Shown here one piece after another: positions 1 through 7,912 of a DNA stretch of 41,651 bases (its first letter is position 1; each line of letters opens with the position of its first letter). Source of the stretch: Chloroflexota bacterium. Its GTDB lineage: Bacteria > Chloroflexota > Limnocylindria > Limnocylindrales > CSP1-4. The notes beneath the pieces were generated by a model, which saw only the letters and a program-made list of their open reading frames with translations, did no database searches and had not been told where the DNA came from. The position numbers and the translations under genes are program-made. The DNA lies in contig JACDFU010000003.1 of assembly GCA_013815585.1 (NCBI GenBank), forward strand, positions 1 to 41,651. The letters run 5' to 3'.

Positions 1-167
1 TCTCCAGCCGCTGGGCATTGCTCAGGTTCCGTCTGCCAGACGTTCGCCCCATCGCGTCCTCCACTCCACGGTGCTCGCCGTGGTGAAGTGTTGCGATGGT
101 CGCTGGAGACCGCCGTGGTAGCCATGGGGATCGCGAGGCCATCACGTCTGGTAACCCCGATTCCGAG

Positions 168-194
168 TCACTCAGCACTGGGATTGCTGAGTGA
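168..194. repeat. Perfect 10-bp inverted repeat TCACTCAGCA-N7-TGCTGAGTGA (hairpin or operator candidate) in a locally AT-richer patch downstream of chrA
   Basis: Read directly: 168-177 tcactcagca, 178-184 loop, 185-194 tgctgagtga. No U-tract follows on either strand, so it is not a classical terminator. Confidence 0.6.
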
Positions 195-338
195 TGCAGC
201 CGGCTGACTTCTGCCTGTCTAGTACTACACCGATTCGTACCTGACACGAGAATCTGGCACGTGCCCGGATCTCGGCCAGGCGGCGTCCCCGATCACGCCC
301 CGGCGATCGTCGCGATCCTGACGGTCGGTCGGCCCCGA

Positions 339-1565
339 TCACACCCCGACGGTCGCGAACTTCCACGCCATGCCGAGCAGCGCCCCCGCGCCAAGCACCG
401 CGGCCGGATTCGGTCGCAGGCGAAGGAGCACCAGTGCGGCGCCAAGGCCAATGGCCAGGGTCGCGCCGTCGACCAGCGCCGCGCCCGCGAGCTCGACCGT
501 CACGGCGGCCATGAGACCCAGCGCAGCCGCGTTCACGCCGTCCAGGAAGCTGCGCACTCGGGGGCTCTCGCGGAGGCGAGCGACGAGCCGGACAACGAGT
601 CCGGCCAGAAGGAAGCCGGGCAGGAAGATGCCCACGGTTGCCAGCAAGGCCCCGGGCAGGCCGGCGAGCAGGTACCCCACGAACGTGGCAGTCGTGAAGA
701 GCGGGCCTGGCGTCACTTGCCCAACGGCCACCGCGTCGAGCAGCTGCGCGCTCGTCAGCCAGCCCCGTTCCTCCACGAGGTCCGATTGCAGGAAGGCGAG
801 GAGCACGTACCCGCCGCCGTACATGACGGCGCCGATGCCCAGGAAGACGAGGAAGATGCCCCCGAGCGTGATCACGGCGGCGGGCGCCGCGGTAGCTGCA
901 GCGACCAGCGATGCGGTCGGCGATGAGAGCAACACTGACGGGCCGGCACCAAGAGCGATGCCCATCGCGGTGCCTGCTCCCCTCGTTGGCCGGCTGCCGG
1001 AGCTTCCCCTTTGGTATCGGCCGGCCACGAACGACAGAGCCACGGCCGCGGCGGATCCGCCGAACAGGAGCAGAAGCTCGTTGATCCCGGTCAGGTAGCC
1101 GACGCACACGAGCCCACCAATCAAAGCGAGCAACGGCGAACGGAACGCAGCCGGCGCGAGGGCAAGCAGCGCCTGGAGGATCACGGCGATGACGGCAGGC
1201 TTGAGACCGTAGAGCAGCCACCCCACGGCAGGAGTTGCGGAGAAGCTGACGTATGCCCAGGCGAGGACCGTGGCGATGGCGGCGGCCGGCGCAATGAACG
1301 CAATCCCCGACAGGACCAGGCCCCGCCAGCCGGCGCGTTCCGCGCCCACCTCCATGACCAGCTCGGTCGAATTCGGACCGGGAACCAAGTTGGTGGCTCC
1401 CAGGAGGTCGAGGAAGCGCTGCTCGCTCAGCCACCGTCGGCGCTCCACGACCTCGTCGCGCAGCATGGCGATGTGGACGCTCGGCCCACCGAAGGCGGTG
1501 AGCCCGAGCCGCAGAGCGACGAGCACGACCGAGCGCAGGGGGGATTCGGGGACGCCGGGCCGCAC
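339..1565 (-). CDS. chrA: Chromate transporter (ChrA/CHR family), about 408 aa
   Basis: The translation has the CHR hallmark LRLGLTAFGGPSVHIAMLRDEVVERRRWLSEQRFLDLL and many TM segments with a duplicated architecture. The tracked ORF (to 1814) runs through the tRNA at 1589-1663. The start is therefore placed at the in-frame GTG at 1565; GTG at 1526 is an alternative. Confidence 0.8.
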   Translation of the reverse strand: MRPGVPESPLRSVVLVALRLGLTAFGGPSVHIAMLRDEVVERRRWLSEQRFLDLLGATNLVPGPNSTELVMEVGAERAGWRGLVLSGIAFIAPAAAIATVLAWAYVSFSATPAVGWLLYGLKPAVIAVILQALLALAPAAFRSPLLALIGGLVCVGYLTGINELLLLFGGSAAAVALSFVAGRYQRGSSGSRPTRGAGTAMGIALGAGPSVLLSSPTASLVAAATAAPAAVITLGGIFLVFLGIGAVMYGGGYVLLAFLQSDLVEERGWLTSAQLLDAVAVGQVTPGPLFTTATFVGYLLAGLPGALLATVGIFLPGFLLAGLVVRLVARLRESPRVRSFLDGVNAAALGLMAAVTVELAGAALVDGATLAIGLGAALVLLRLRPNPAAVLGAGALLGMAWKFATVGV

Positions 1566-1588
1566 GCGGCTACCGTAGGACAGAAAGC

Positions 1589-1663
1589 TGGTCGGGGCGG
1601 CGGGATTCGAACCCGCAACCTCGTACTCCCAAAGCACGTGCGCTACCGTTGCGCCACGCCCCG
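1589..1663 (-). tRNA. tRNA-Pro, anticodon UGG, with genomically encoded CCA
   Basis: The reverse complement folds as a cloverleaf: acceptor CGGGGCG/CGCCCCG, D arm GCGC-AACGGTA-GCGC, anticodon arm CGTGC-TTTGGGA-GTACG (anticodon TGG), T arm GCGGG-TTCGAAT-CCCGC, discriminator A, CCA. Confidence 0.9.
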
Positions 1664-1693
1664 ACCCGGCCATGGTAGCCGAGGGTCCAGGGC

Positions 1694-1774
1694 GGGCCGC
1701 AGGCGTGGCAGGAGGCGCTGCGGGCCGCAGGCGTGGCAGGAGGCGCTGCGGGCCCAAGGCGTCGGCAGGCGCGG
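1694..1774. repeat. 28-bp tandem repeat: two identical copies plus one degenerate copy (unit gggccgcaggcgtggcaggaggcgctgc)
   Basis: Segments 1694-1721 and 1722-1749 are identical when read base by base, and 1750-1774 is a diverged third copy. The repeat lies in the non-coding spacer between the tRNA-Pro 5' end and the LCP gene start. Confidence 0.85.
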
Positions 1775-1898
1775 CCCCAGACGTCGGTAGGTTGCCGGTC
1801 CCGAGCGTGGCCAAGGCTCGACGGCGATCACTGTGGATAACGCTTGGTACACTCCCCGCGCCGAGTAACCCGTACCCCGGCCTACGGAGAGAGACTCC

Positions 1899-3425
1899 TT
1901 GCAGGCTCGCGCCATCCGCCCCAGCCGGGGCCCGGCCGATCGGCGACGCACGATCGCCGCGGTCCTTTCTGCTCTTTATCCCGGCCTCGGACAGGCCTTC
2001 AACCGGGATCCCCGGTATGTCGTGGTGTTCGGGCTGCCGCTTTCTGCGCTCGCGGTCCTCGCGATGCTGCTGGTCCAGGGTTTCGGCGGTCAGCTCCTGC
2101 CGGTCCTCGTCAAGCCGGACACGCTGCTTGCCCTGCTGTTCCTCAATGGGCTGCTTCTCACCTGGCGCCTGTTCGCCGTCGGACAGGCGTTCGTGGCCGG
2201 TGCCTCCGGGCCGATCGGTCGTGTGGGCGCGGCCGGACTCCTCGTGGCCTCCGCGCTGACCGTTGCACCGCAGGTCGGGGCGGGCATGATCGGCTGGCGC
2301 CTGTACGAGACGGCGCGAGACATCTGCGTCAGCTGCTCCGTCGTGGCCCGCGCGCCGGAGAACGGCGACTCACGCCAGGCCGCCCGGGGTGGTGGCGCAC
2401 CACCGCTCTTTCCCGGCGACGATCCGGGCGTCGTCCCGGGGCCGACGCCGCAGCTCAAGGGCCGTCTGAACATCCTGCTGATTGGCGTCGACTCCCGTCC
2501 CAGCCGGGACCACGCACTCACAGACACCATGATCGTTGCGTCAGTCGATCCGGTCGGCGAGACGCTCTCCATGCTCTCGGTGCCTCGCGACATCGTGGAC
2601 ATGCCGTTACCGAACGGCCAGACCTATCCCCAGAAGATCAACTCGATGCTGTCCCACGTGAACGCGAATCCCGACGATCCGATGTTCGACTGGGCCAACG
2701 GCAGCGGGACCCGGGCCCTGCAGGACTCGATCGGCACGATGCTCGGCGTCCCGATTCACTACTACGCCAAGGTGGACCTGCCGGGCTTCATCGACGTGGT
2801 TGACGCTCTGGGTGGCATCAACGTCAACGTCCCCAAGCCGCTCCGGGCGCCGGGCTACGCCGACTTCGGCCTCTTCGGGTTCACCGTCGAGAAGGGTCGG
2901 CATCATTTCGATGGCCGCGAGGCGCTCGCCTACGCGCGGATCAGGAAGGCGGTCGGCGAAAGCGACTTCACCCGAGCCGAACGCCAGCAGCAGGTGATCG
3001 TCGCCTTGCGCGCGGCCGCCCTGGAAGGCGGGGCACTGGGCCTGCTGGGACGCCTGAACGGCTTGCTTGATGCCAGCGACAATGCGCTCCGGACCGACGT
3101 GCCGCCCGAGCACTTCAGCGACCTCGCGCTTCTCGCTGAGCAGATCGACAGGGGGCGGGTCACCTCGCTGGTCCTCCAGTGGCCGTTCATCACGGAGGCC
3201 ACCGAGGAGGAGCGCGGCTACGTCGAGATTCCCGACATCCCGACGATCCAGGAGATGGCCCGCCGGCTCTTCCCGCCGGAAGGCACGCCGCCAGAGGCCT
3301 GGGTCCCGGAGGGACCGATCACGAGCCCCAGCGCCGAGCCAACCGGAGGCGACGCCAGTCCCCGCGGCAGCAGCGACCCCACCGGCGACGCCGCGACCCA
3401 GGGGCCAGAGGTCGCCGAGCCGTAG
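1899..3425 (+). CDS. LytR-CpsA-Psr (LCP) family cell-wall glycopolymer ligase with an N-terminal membrane domain and a Pro/Ser/Thr-rich tail
   Basis: LCP core motifs are present: LNILLIGVDSRPSRDHALTDTMIVASVDP, LSVPRDIVDMPLP, IHYYAKVDLPGFIDVVDALGGINVNV and GRHHFDGREALAYARIRK..SDFTRAERQQQV. The start is TTG, preceded by GGAGAGAG. Confidence 0.85.
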   Translation: MQARAIRPSRGPADRRRTIAAVLSALYPGLGQAFNRDPRYVVVFGLPLSALAVLAMLLVQGFGGQLLPVLVKPDTLLALLFLNGLLLTWRLFAVGQAFVAGASGPIGRVGAAGLLVASALTVAPQVGAGMIGWRLYETARDICVSCSVVARAPENGDSRQAARGGGAPPLFPGDDPGVVPGPTPQLKGRLNILLIGVDSRPSRDHALTDTMIVASVDPVGETLSMLSVPRDIVDMPLPNGQTYPQKINSMLSHVNANPDDPMFDWANGSGTRALQDSIGTMLGVPIHYYAKVDLPGFIDVVDALGGINVNVPKPLRAPGYADFGLFGFTVEKGRHHFDGREALAYARIRKAVGESDFTRAERQQQVIVALRAAALEGGALGLLGRLNGLLDASDNALRTDVPPEHFSDLALLAEQIDRGRVTSLVLQWPFITEATEEERGYVEIPDIPTIQEMARRLFPPEGTPPEAWVPEGPITSPSAEPTGGDASPRGSSDPTGDAATQGPEVAEP

Positions 3426-3430
3426 TGCTG

Positions 3431-4063
3431 CTAGCCGCGCTTGCGGAGCAGGGCGGCCATGCGACCGGCAGCGATTGCGCGGTGGGAGATCCGGTTCTTC
3501 TGCTCCCGCGTCAGCTCGGCCACGGTTCGGCCGCCAGGTGGCTCCCCGGCCGGCTCGAAGATCGGGTCATACCCGAAACCACCGGAGCCGCGCGCGGCCT
3601 GGGCTATCCGACCCTCGAGCGTTCCCTGCGTGACGAGTCCGTCAGATCCCACCGCGTCGGCGGAGTCGACGAACACCAGGGCACAGCGGTACCGTGCCGT
3701 GCGTTCCTCCGGTTCCAGGTGCGCCAGCGCCGCGAGGAGCTTCGCGTTGTTCTCCTCGTCCGTCGCGTCATCGCCCGCATAGCGGCGCGTCCGCACGCCG
3801 GGACCGCCACCAAGCGCGTCCACCTCGAGGCCTGAGTCGTCGGCCAGGGTGGGCAGGCCGCTGCGGGCCGCATAGAACCAGGCCTTCAGCCTGGCGTTCT
3901 CCTCGAAGGTCGAGCCGTCCTCTGTCGCCTCGTCGAGGATCTCCGCGTCACCGAGGCTGATCAGGCCCGTGCCGGGCAGGTCCAGCAGGTCCTGGAGCTC
4001 CCGCAGCTTGTGTGCGGAATGCGTGGCCAGCAGGACGCGGCGGGTGGCCGACCCGTCAGCCAC
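3431..4063 (-). CDS. rdgB: Non-canonical purine NTP pyrophosphatase (RdgB/HAM1 family)
   Basis: Motifs: [54 protein letters not shown] and ISHRA. The start is set at GTG 4063, which overlaps the rph stop (GTGGCTGA). The longer tracked ORF would lie entirely inside rph. Confidence 0.85.
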   Translation of the reverse strand: MADGSATRRVLLATHSAHKLRELQDLLDLPGTGLISLGDAEILDEATEDGSTFEENARLKAWFYAARSGLPTLADDSGLEVDALGGGPGVRTRRYAGDDATDEENNAKLLAALAHLEPEERTARYRCALVFVDSADAVGSDGLVTQGTLEGRIAQAARGSGGFGYDPIFEPAGEPPGGRTVAELTREQKNRISHRAIAAGRMAALLRKRG

Positions 4064-4787
4064 CGCCCTCCAGAGCCTGCCGCTGTGCTGCAAACAGGCG
4101 CTGCATCCCATCGTCCGCGAGCGACAGCAGCCGGTCCATGGCCGCCCTGTCGAAAGCCTTGCCCTCGGCCGTGCCTTGGACCTCCACATACGTCCCTGCG
4201 TCCGTGCCGACCACGTTGAAGTCGACGTCCGCGTGCGAATCCTCCTCGTAGTCCAGGTCGAGCACCGCGGCGCCCTCGACGATGCCGACGCTGACGGCGG
4301 CGATCTGCGAGACGAGGGTACGTTCGAGCTTCTTCGGCCGCAGCGCCAGGGCCAGGGCGACGTAGCCGCCGGTGATCGAGGCCGTGCGTGTGCCGCCGTC
4401 CGCCTGGAGGACGTCGCAGTCGACCGTCACGGTCCGCTCGCCGAGCGCACCGAGATCCATGACCCCCCGCAGCGAGCGGCCGATCAGCCGCTGGATCTCG
4501 TGCGTCCGACCACCCTGGCGGCCCTTGGTGACCTCGCGCTGGCTGCGCTCCGCGGTGGCGCGCGGGAGCATGCTGTACTCGGCGGTCACCCAGCCGGTTC
4601 CCTTGCCGCGCAGATGCGGCGGTACCCGGTCCTCGACCGTGGCCGCACAGAGCACGTGCGTGTCACCCACCCGGATGAGGCACGAGCCCTCGGCCCATTT
4701 CTGGACGCCGAGGAGCAGCTCCACGGGCCGAAGCTGGTGCGGAGCTCGCCCATCGTGCCGGTAACGCAGACCGCCGCCGATCGTCAT
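4056..4787 (-). CDS. rph: Ribonuclease PH
   Basis: Full-length match to RNase PH signatures: [56 protein letters not shown] and [18 protein letters not shown]. An ATGA overlap joins it to the mazG stop. Confidence 0.95.
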   Translation of the reverse strand: MTIGGGLRYRHDGRAPHQLRPVELLLGVQKWAEGSCLIRVGDTHVLCAATVEDRVPPHLRGKGTGWVTAEYSMLPRATAERSQREVTKGRQGGRTHEIQRLIGRSLRGVMDLGALGERTVTVDCDVLQADGGTRTASITGGYVALALALRPKKLERTLVSQIAAVSVGIVEGAAVLDLDYEEDSHADVDFNVVGTDAGTYVEVQGTAEGKAFDRAAMDRLLSLADDGMQRLFAAQRQALEGGG

Positions 4788-5959
4788 CGCGCCCCAACCG
4801 GGGCCGCCCTGCCCGTTGCCGCCTTGGCATCGTGCCAGAGCTCGTCCAACGCGGCCGGCGACAGGTCCCGCAGGACGACGCCTCGTTCGGCGGCGAGTCG
4901 CTCCACGTGCGCGAAGCGGGCGGCGAACTTGGCGCTGGCCGCGCGCAGCGCCGCTTCTGCATCGACGCCCAGTCGGCGACCGAGATTCGTCAGCACGAGC
5001 AGCAGGTCCCCAAACTCCTCGGCGCGGGCCGTGGCATCCGTGGCCGCAGTCAGCTCGGCAGTCTCCTCGGCGATCTTGTCGGCGATTCCCACCACGTCCG
5101 GCCAGTCGTAGCCCAGCGAAGCGGCGCGCTCCTGCATCTCCTGGGCATAGGCAAGCGCGGGTAGTGACCGCGACAGCCCCGCGAAGGCCGCGGCCATGCC
5201 GGGTTGCTGCTCGGCCACGGTCGTGTCGGCTCGCTCCTGGGCCTTGATCTGCTCCCAGTTCCGGACCACCTGATCGACGGACCGCGCCTCGACGTCGCCG
5301 AAAACATGGGGATGACGTCGGACGATCTTGGTCACCACGCTGCGATAGACGTCCGAGAGGTCGAAGACTCCTTCCTCGGACGCGTAGTGAGCATGCAGAA
5401 CGATCTGCAGAAGCAGATCGCCCAGCTCCTCCGCGAGCTGGGGCGTGGCGCCCCGTTCGAGGGCGTCGTAGACCTCGTACGACTCCTCCAGCAGGAACTT
5501 CCGGAGCGACAGGTGGGTCTGCTCGCGGTCCCAGGGGCAGCCATCCGGTGCCCGAAGCCGGGCCACCAGCCAGGGCAGCCCGTGAGGGCTGGCCGCGTTC
5601 TCAGCCCCCACGAGGGCGGGAACCAGCCAGGGGCGGCCGGCAAGCTCATCGGTCGTCAGTGTCGCCAGCGTCGCATCAGGGGCCTGGCCGAGCGAGAGGG
5701 CCGGGTGGAATCCCCCGTAGAGCGACCGCAGCAGCTCGAGCGGGTCTGTCGCGTGTGCGTCGCGGCCGGGCAGCGTGTCGGACTGGAACGCCTCCGCCTG
5801 TTCGGTCGGCACCGGCGCTTCTCCGGTCGGCACGAGGACGAGCGGCAGGCCGGGGTCGAAGGGCCGGCGCACCAGAGCGGAGGCCGCGAGGAGCTGCACG
5901 CCGTCGGCGAGCTGCAGCGCATGACGGCGCTCAGCCTCGGCAAGCAGCTCGTCGATCAC
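4784..5959 (-). CDS. mazG: MazG-family nucleoside triphosphate pyrophosphohydrolase (tandem MazG domains) with an extra N-terminal domain of about 130 aa
   Basis: Motifs: [44 protein letters not shown] and [11 protein letters not shown] second EExxE/D-type repeat is IAEETAEL...EEFGDLLL. The start is GTG, 6 nt after the upstream stop. Confidence 0.85.
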   Translation of the reverse strand: MIDELLAEAERRHALQLADGVQLLAASALVRRPFDPGLPLVLVPTGEAPVPTEQAEAFQSDTLPGRDAHATDPLELLRSLYGGFHPALSLGQAPDATLATLTTDELAGRPWLVPALVGAENAASPHGLPWLVARLRAPDGCPWDREQTHLSLRKFLLEESYEVYDALERGATPQLAEELGDLLLQIVLHAHYASEEGVFDLSDVYRSVVTKIVRRHPHVFGDVEARSVDQVVRNWEQIKAQERADTTVAEQQPGMAAAFAGLSRSLPALAYAQEMQERAASLGYDWPDVVGIADKIAEETAELTAATDATARAEEFGDLLLVLTNLGRRLGVDAEAALRAASAKFAARFAHVERLAAERGVVLRDLSPAALDELWHDAKAATGRAAPVGAR

Positions 5960-5965
5960 CGGCGC

Positions 5966-7747
5966 CTACTGGATCTCTGCCTCACCAGAGCCCAGCACCT
6001 CCTCGTCGCGGAAGATGCTCGCCTCCGCCGCGTCCTTCTGCGGCTGGTACCAGACATCGAACGCGTTCTGTTCGATCAACCGCTTCTGGTTCGCGTCGAC
6101 GGGGCGCTTCGCACGCTCCGTGACCTTGTAGACGTGGAAACCGTCGTCACGCTGGATCGCTTCGCTGACCTTGCCCTCCCGGAGGCCGAAGAGGACGTCC
6201 TCGATCTCCTTCTCGAGCTGGTAGCGGGCCACCCAGCCGATCTCGCCGCCCTCTGCCGCATTCTCCCCGTCAGATCGCTGGCGAGCAATCGCCTCGAAGT
6301 CGGCCGCGGGATCCTTGAGCAGATCGACGATCTCCTGGATTCGCGTTGTGGCCGGCGGCCGCTTCTCCTGGAAGAGGATCACGTGCCAACCGAACTGCGT
6401 CCGGACCGGCCCGATGATCTCACCCTCCTCGTGCTCCTTGTCGAAGACGACTTCCGCGAACTCCTGGACCATCGTCGCGCGGGTGAAGAAGCCCAGGTCG
6501 CCCCCGTTCTCCGCGGCGCTCGTGTCGTCGCTCTCGGACTTGGCGAGCTCCTCAAACTGCTTCTTCCGGTTCTCGACGTTGGTCAGCTTGCGCAGATCCG
6601 CAGCCGCCCTGTCGGCCGCCTTCTTCGCCTCCTCCCAGGCCGGATCATCCTCGGCGACCTCGGCAGCTCCCTCTGGGCTGTCGTTGGGGCTCTGCAGGAT
6701 GTGCGACGCGCGGACCTCGCCCTCCGCGTCGGGCAGCGCACCTTCCGCCCCTTCGGCGGCCTGACCGCCCTCCACCAGAATCTCGTAGGCGTGGACCTGG
6801 TCCACGTTCCCCGTGGTGGCCTCGCGTGAGATCTTGTCGCGGAGCTTCTCCTCGATCAGGCTTCCCTCGACCGCACGACGGTAAGCCGCCAGGTTGACGT
6901 CGGCCTCGATCTCCTTCTGGTAGTCCGTGTCCTCCTGGCCGGGCACGATCTCCGTCACGCGGCCGATCCGAGACACGCCGTCCGCTCCCTCGACCACCTC
7001 GGTCGTGCCGTTCAGCTCCAGCTCGAACAGCGCCGTCACCCAGGCCTCGTCCGTTGGGTTGTCGGCCACGACGTAGCCGTACTCGCCGCCGCGGTCCTTG
7101 CTGGCGTCCGTGCTGTAGGTGGTCGCCACCTCGGCGAAGGACTTGCCCGCCTTGAGCTCGGCCAGAGCCTTGTCCGCCTCCGCCTTCGCGGCGTCCTTCT
7201 GCGCCTTGGTCGGCGCCTCGGCCTGGTCACCGATCTCGGGCTGGACGAAGATCGCCAGCACCTTCCGCAGCTCCGGCGTGCGCGCCTCTTCGGCGAGCTT
7301 CGCATCCACCTCCTGGGGTGTCGCGGAGATCCCCAGCGAGCCCGCGATCTGACCCTGGAGCGCCTCATCGATCAACCCCTCGATCGCCTCACTGCTGACG
7401 TTCTGGGAACGCTGATTGAGCGCCTGGAGCTGACCGTTGGCCGTCTGCTCATCCAGCCGGCCGCTGGCGAGCGCCTCGCGGATGCGGCCCTCGGCTTTCT
7501 TGAGCCGGAACGTCTCGACCTTCTGCCGGTCGAGCCAGGCGTCGCGGTTGATCTCGGTGCCCTGCACCCGGGCAACGGGGCGAAAGTGGTCGTTGTAGTA
7601 GCCGGCCGCCACCGCTCCACCGAGGATCAGGATGGCGAGGAGCACGACGCCGATGAATCCCAGCGTGACCCAGAACTGGGTCCGCTCTTCGTTCTCGAAC
7701 GGGGTTCTGCGCCGGCGCGTTGTCACCGGCTTGGCGCGAAAGGTCAT
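5966..7747 (-). CDS. Membrane-anchored parvulin-type peptidyl-prolyl isomerase (PpiD/SurA/PrsA-like chaperone)
   Basis: An N-terminal TM segment (FWVTLGFIGVVLLAILILGG) is followed by a long helical SurA-like region. The C-terminal PpiC rotamase motif is RASHIL...GGDLGFFTRATMVQEFAEVVF...GPVRTQFGWHVILF. Confidence 0.8.
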   Translation of the reverse strand: MTFRAKPVTTRRRRTPFENEERTQFWVTLGFIGVVLLAILILGGAVAAGYYNDHFRPVARVQGTEINRDAWLDRQKVETFRLKKAEGRIREALASGRLDEQTANGQLQALNQRSQNVSSEAIEGLIDEALQGQIAGSLGISATPQEVDAKLAEEARTPELRKVLAIFVQPEIGDQAEAPTKAQKDAAKAEADKALAELKAGKSFAEVATTYSTDASKDRGGEYGYVVADNPTDEAWVTALFELELNGTTEVVEGADGVSRIGRVTEIVPGQEDTDYQKEIEADVNLAAYRRAVEGSLIEEKLRDKISREATTGNVDQVHAYEILVEGGQAAEGAEGALPDAEGEVRASHILQSPNDSPEGAAEVAEDDPAWEEAKKAADRAAADLRKLTNVENRKKQFEELAKSESDDTSAAENGGDLGFFTRATMVQEFAEVVFDKEHEEGEIIGPVRTQFGWHVILFQEKRPPATTRIQEIVDLLKDPAADFEAIARQRSDGENAAEGGEIGWVARYQLEKEIEDVLFGLREGKVSEAIQRDDGFHVYKVTERAKRPVDANQKRLIEQNAFDVWYQPQKDAAEASIFRDEEVLGSGEAEIQ

Positions 7748-7864
7748 GCTGCTCTGCTCAGGCTCTGCTCAAGGTGCGTGACGAGGGTCGCGCGGTTCGG
7801 CTGGAGATCGGAGCCGAGCGCTCACGCCGGGACGGAGCCACGCGATGCCGGACAGCGGCGCCGT

Positions 7865-7870
7865 AGTCTA
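7865..7870 (-). promoter_or_regulatory. TAGACT -10-like box upstream of the PPIase operon
   Basis: The plus strand reads agtcta, which is TAGACT on the minus strand. It sits in the 165-nt spacer about 117 nt upstream of the ATG at 7747. The same hexamer recurs in front of other operons in this window. Confidence 0.3.
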
Positions 7871-7912
7871 GCGCAGCCGCCGCGCGCTCGACGTCGCGCT
7901 GCCGTATGGCAC

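Noticed and set aside
1-143. Possible minus-strand gene start (MASRSPWLPRRSP...MGRTSGRRNLSNAQRLE) leaving the window on the left
   Set aside because: Fewer than 50 codons are visible, no motif is recognisable and the codon bias is ambiguous. That is not enough to call a CDS.
1694-1774. Possible CRISPR array
   Set aside because: The repeats are directly adjacent with no spacers. There are fewer than three copies, and no cas genes occur anywhere in the window.
339-1814. Full 491-aa version of the chrA ORF
   Set aside because: The 5' part reads straight through a well-formed tRNA-Pro (1589-1663) and encodes low-complexity sequence. The conserved ChrA N-terminus begins just after GTG 1565.
1589-1900. 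tRNA-Pro as an integration site for a genomic island
   Set aside because: There is no integrase, no duplicated tRNA 3' fragment and no compositional break next to the tRNA. The flanking genes are ordinary chromosomal functions.
5204-6829. 541-aa plus-strand ORF, with similar long ORFs at 172-1434, 15692-16894, 30274-31869, 31963-33333, 38554-40128 and 39186-41243
   Set aside because: - They lie antisense or out of frame to genes with strong family motifs (mazG, PPIase, chrA, GT4, mreB, LCP, guaA, GH13).
- Their translations are Arg/Ala/Gly/Pro-rich low-complexity strings.
- These are the typical shadow ORFs of very GC-rich DNA.
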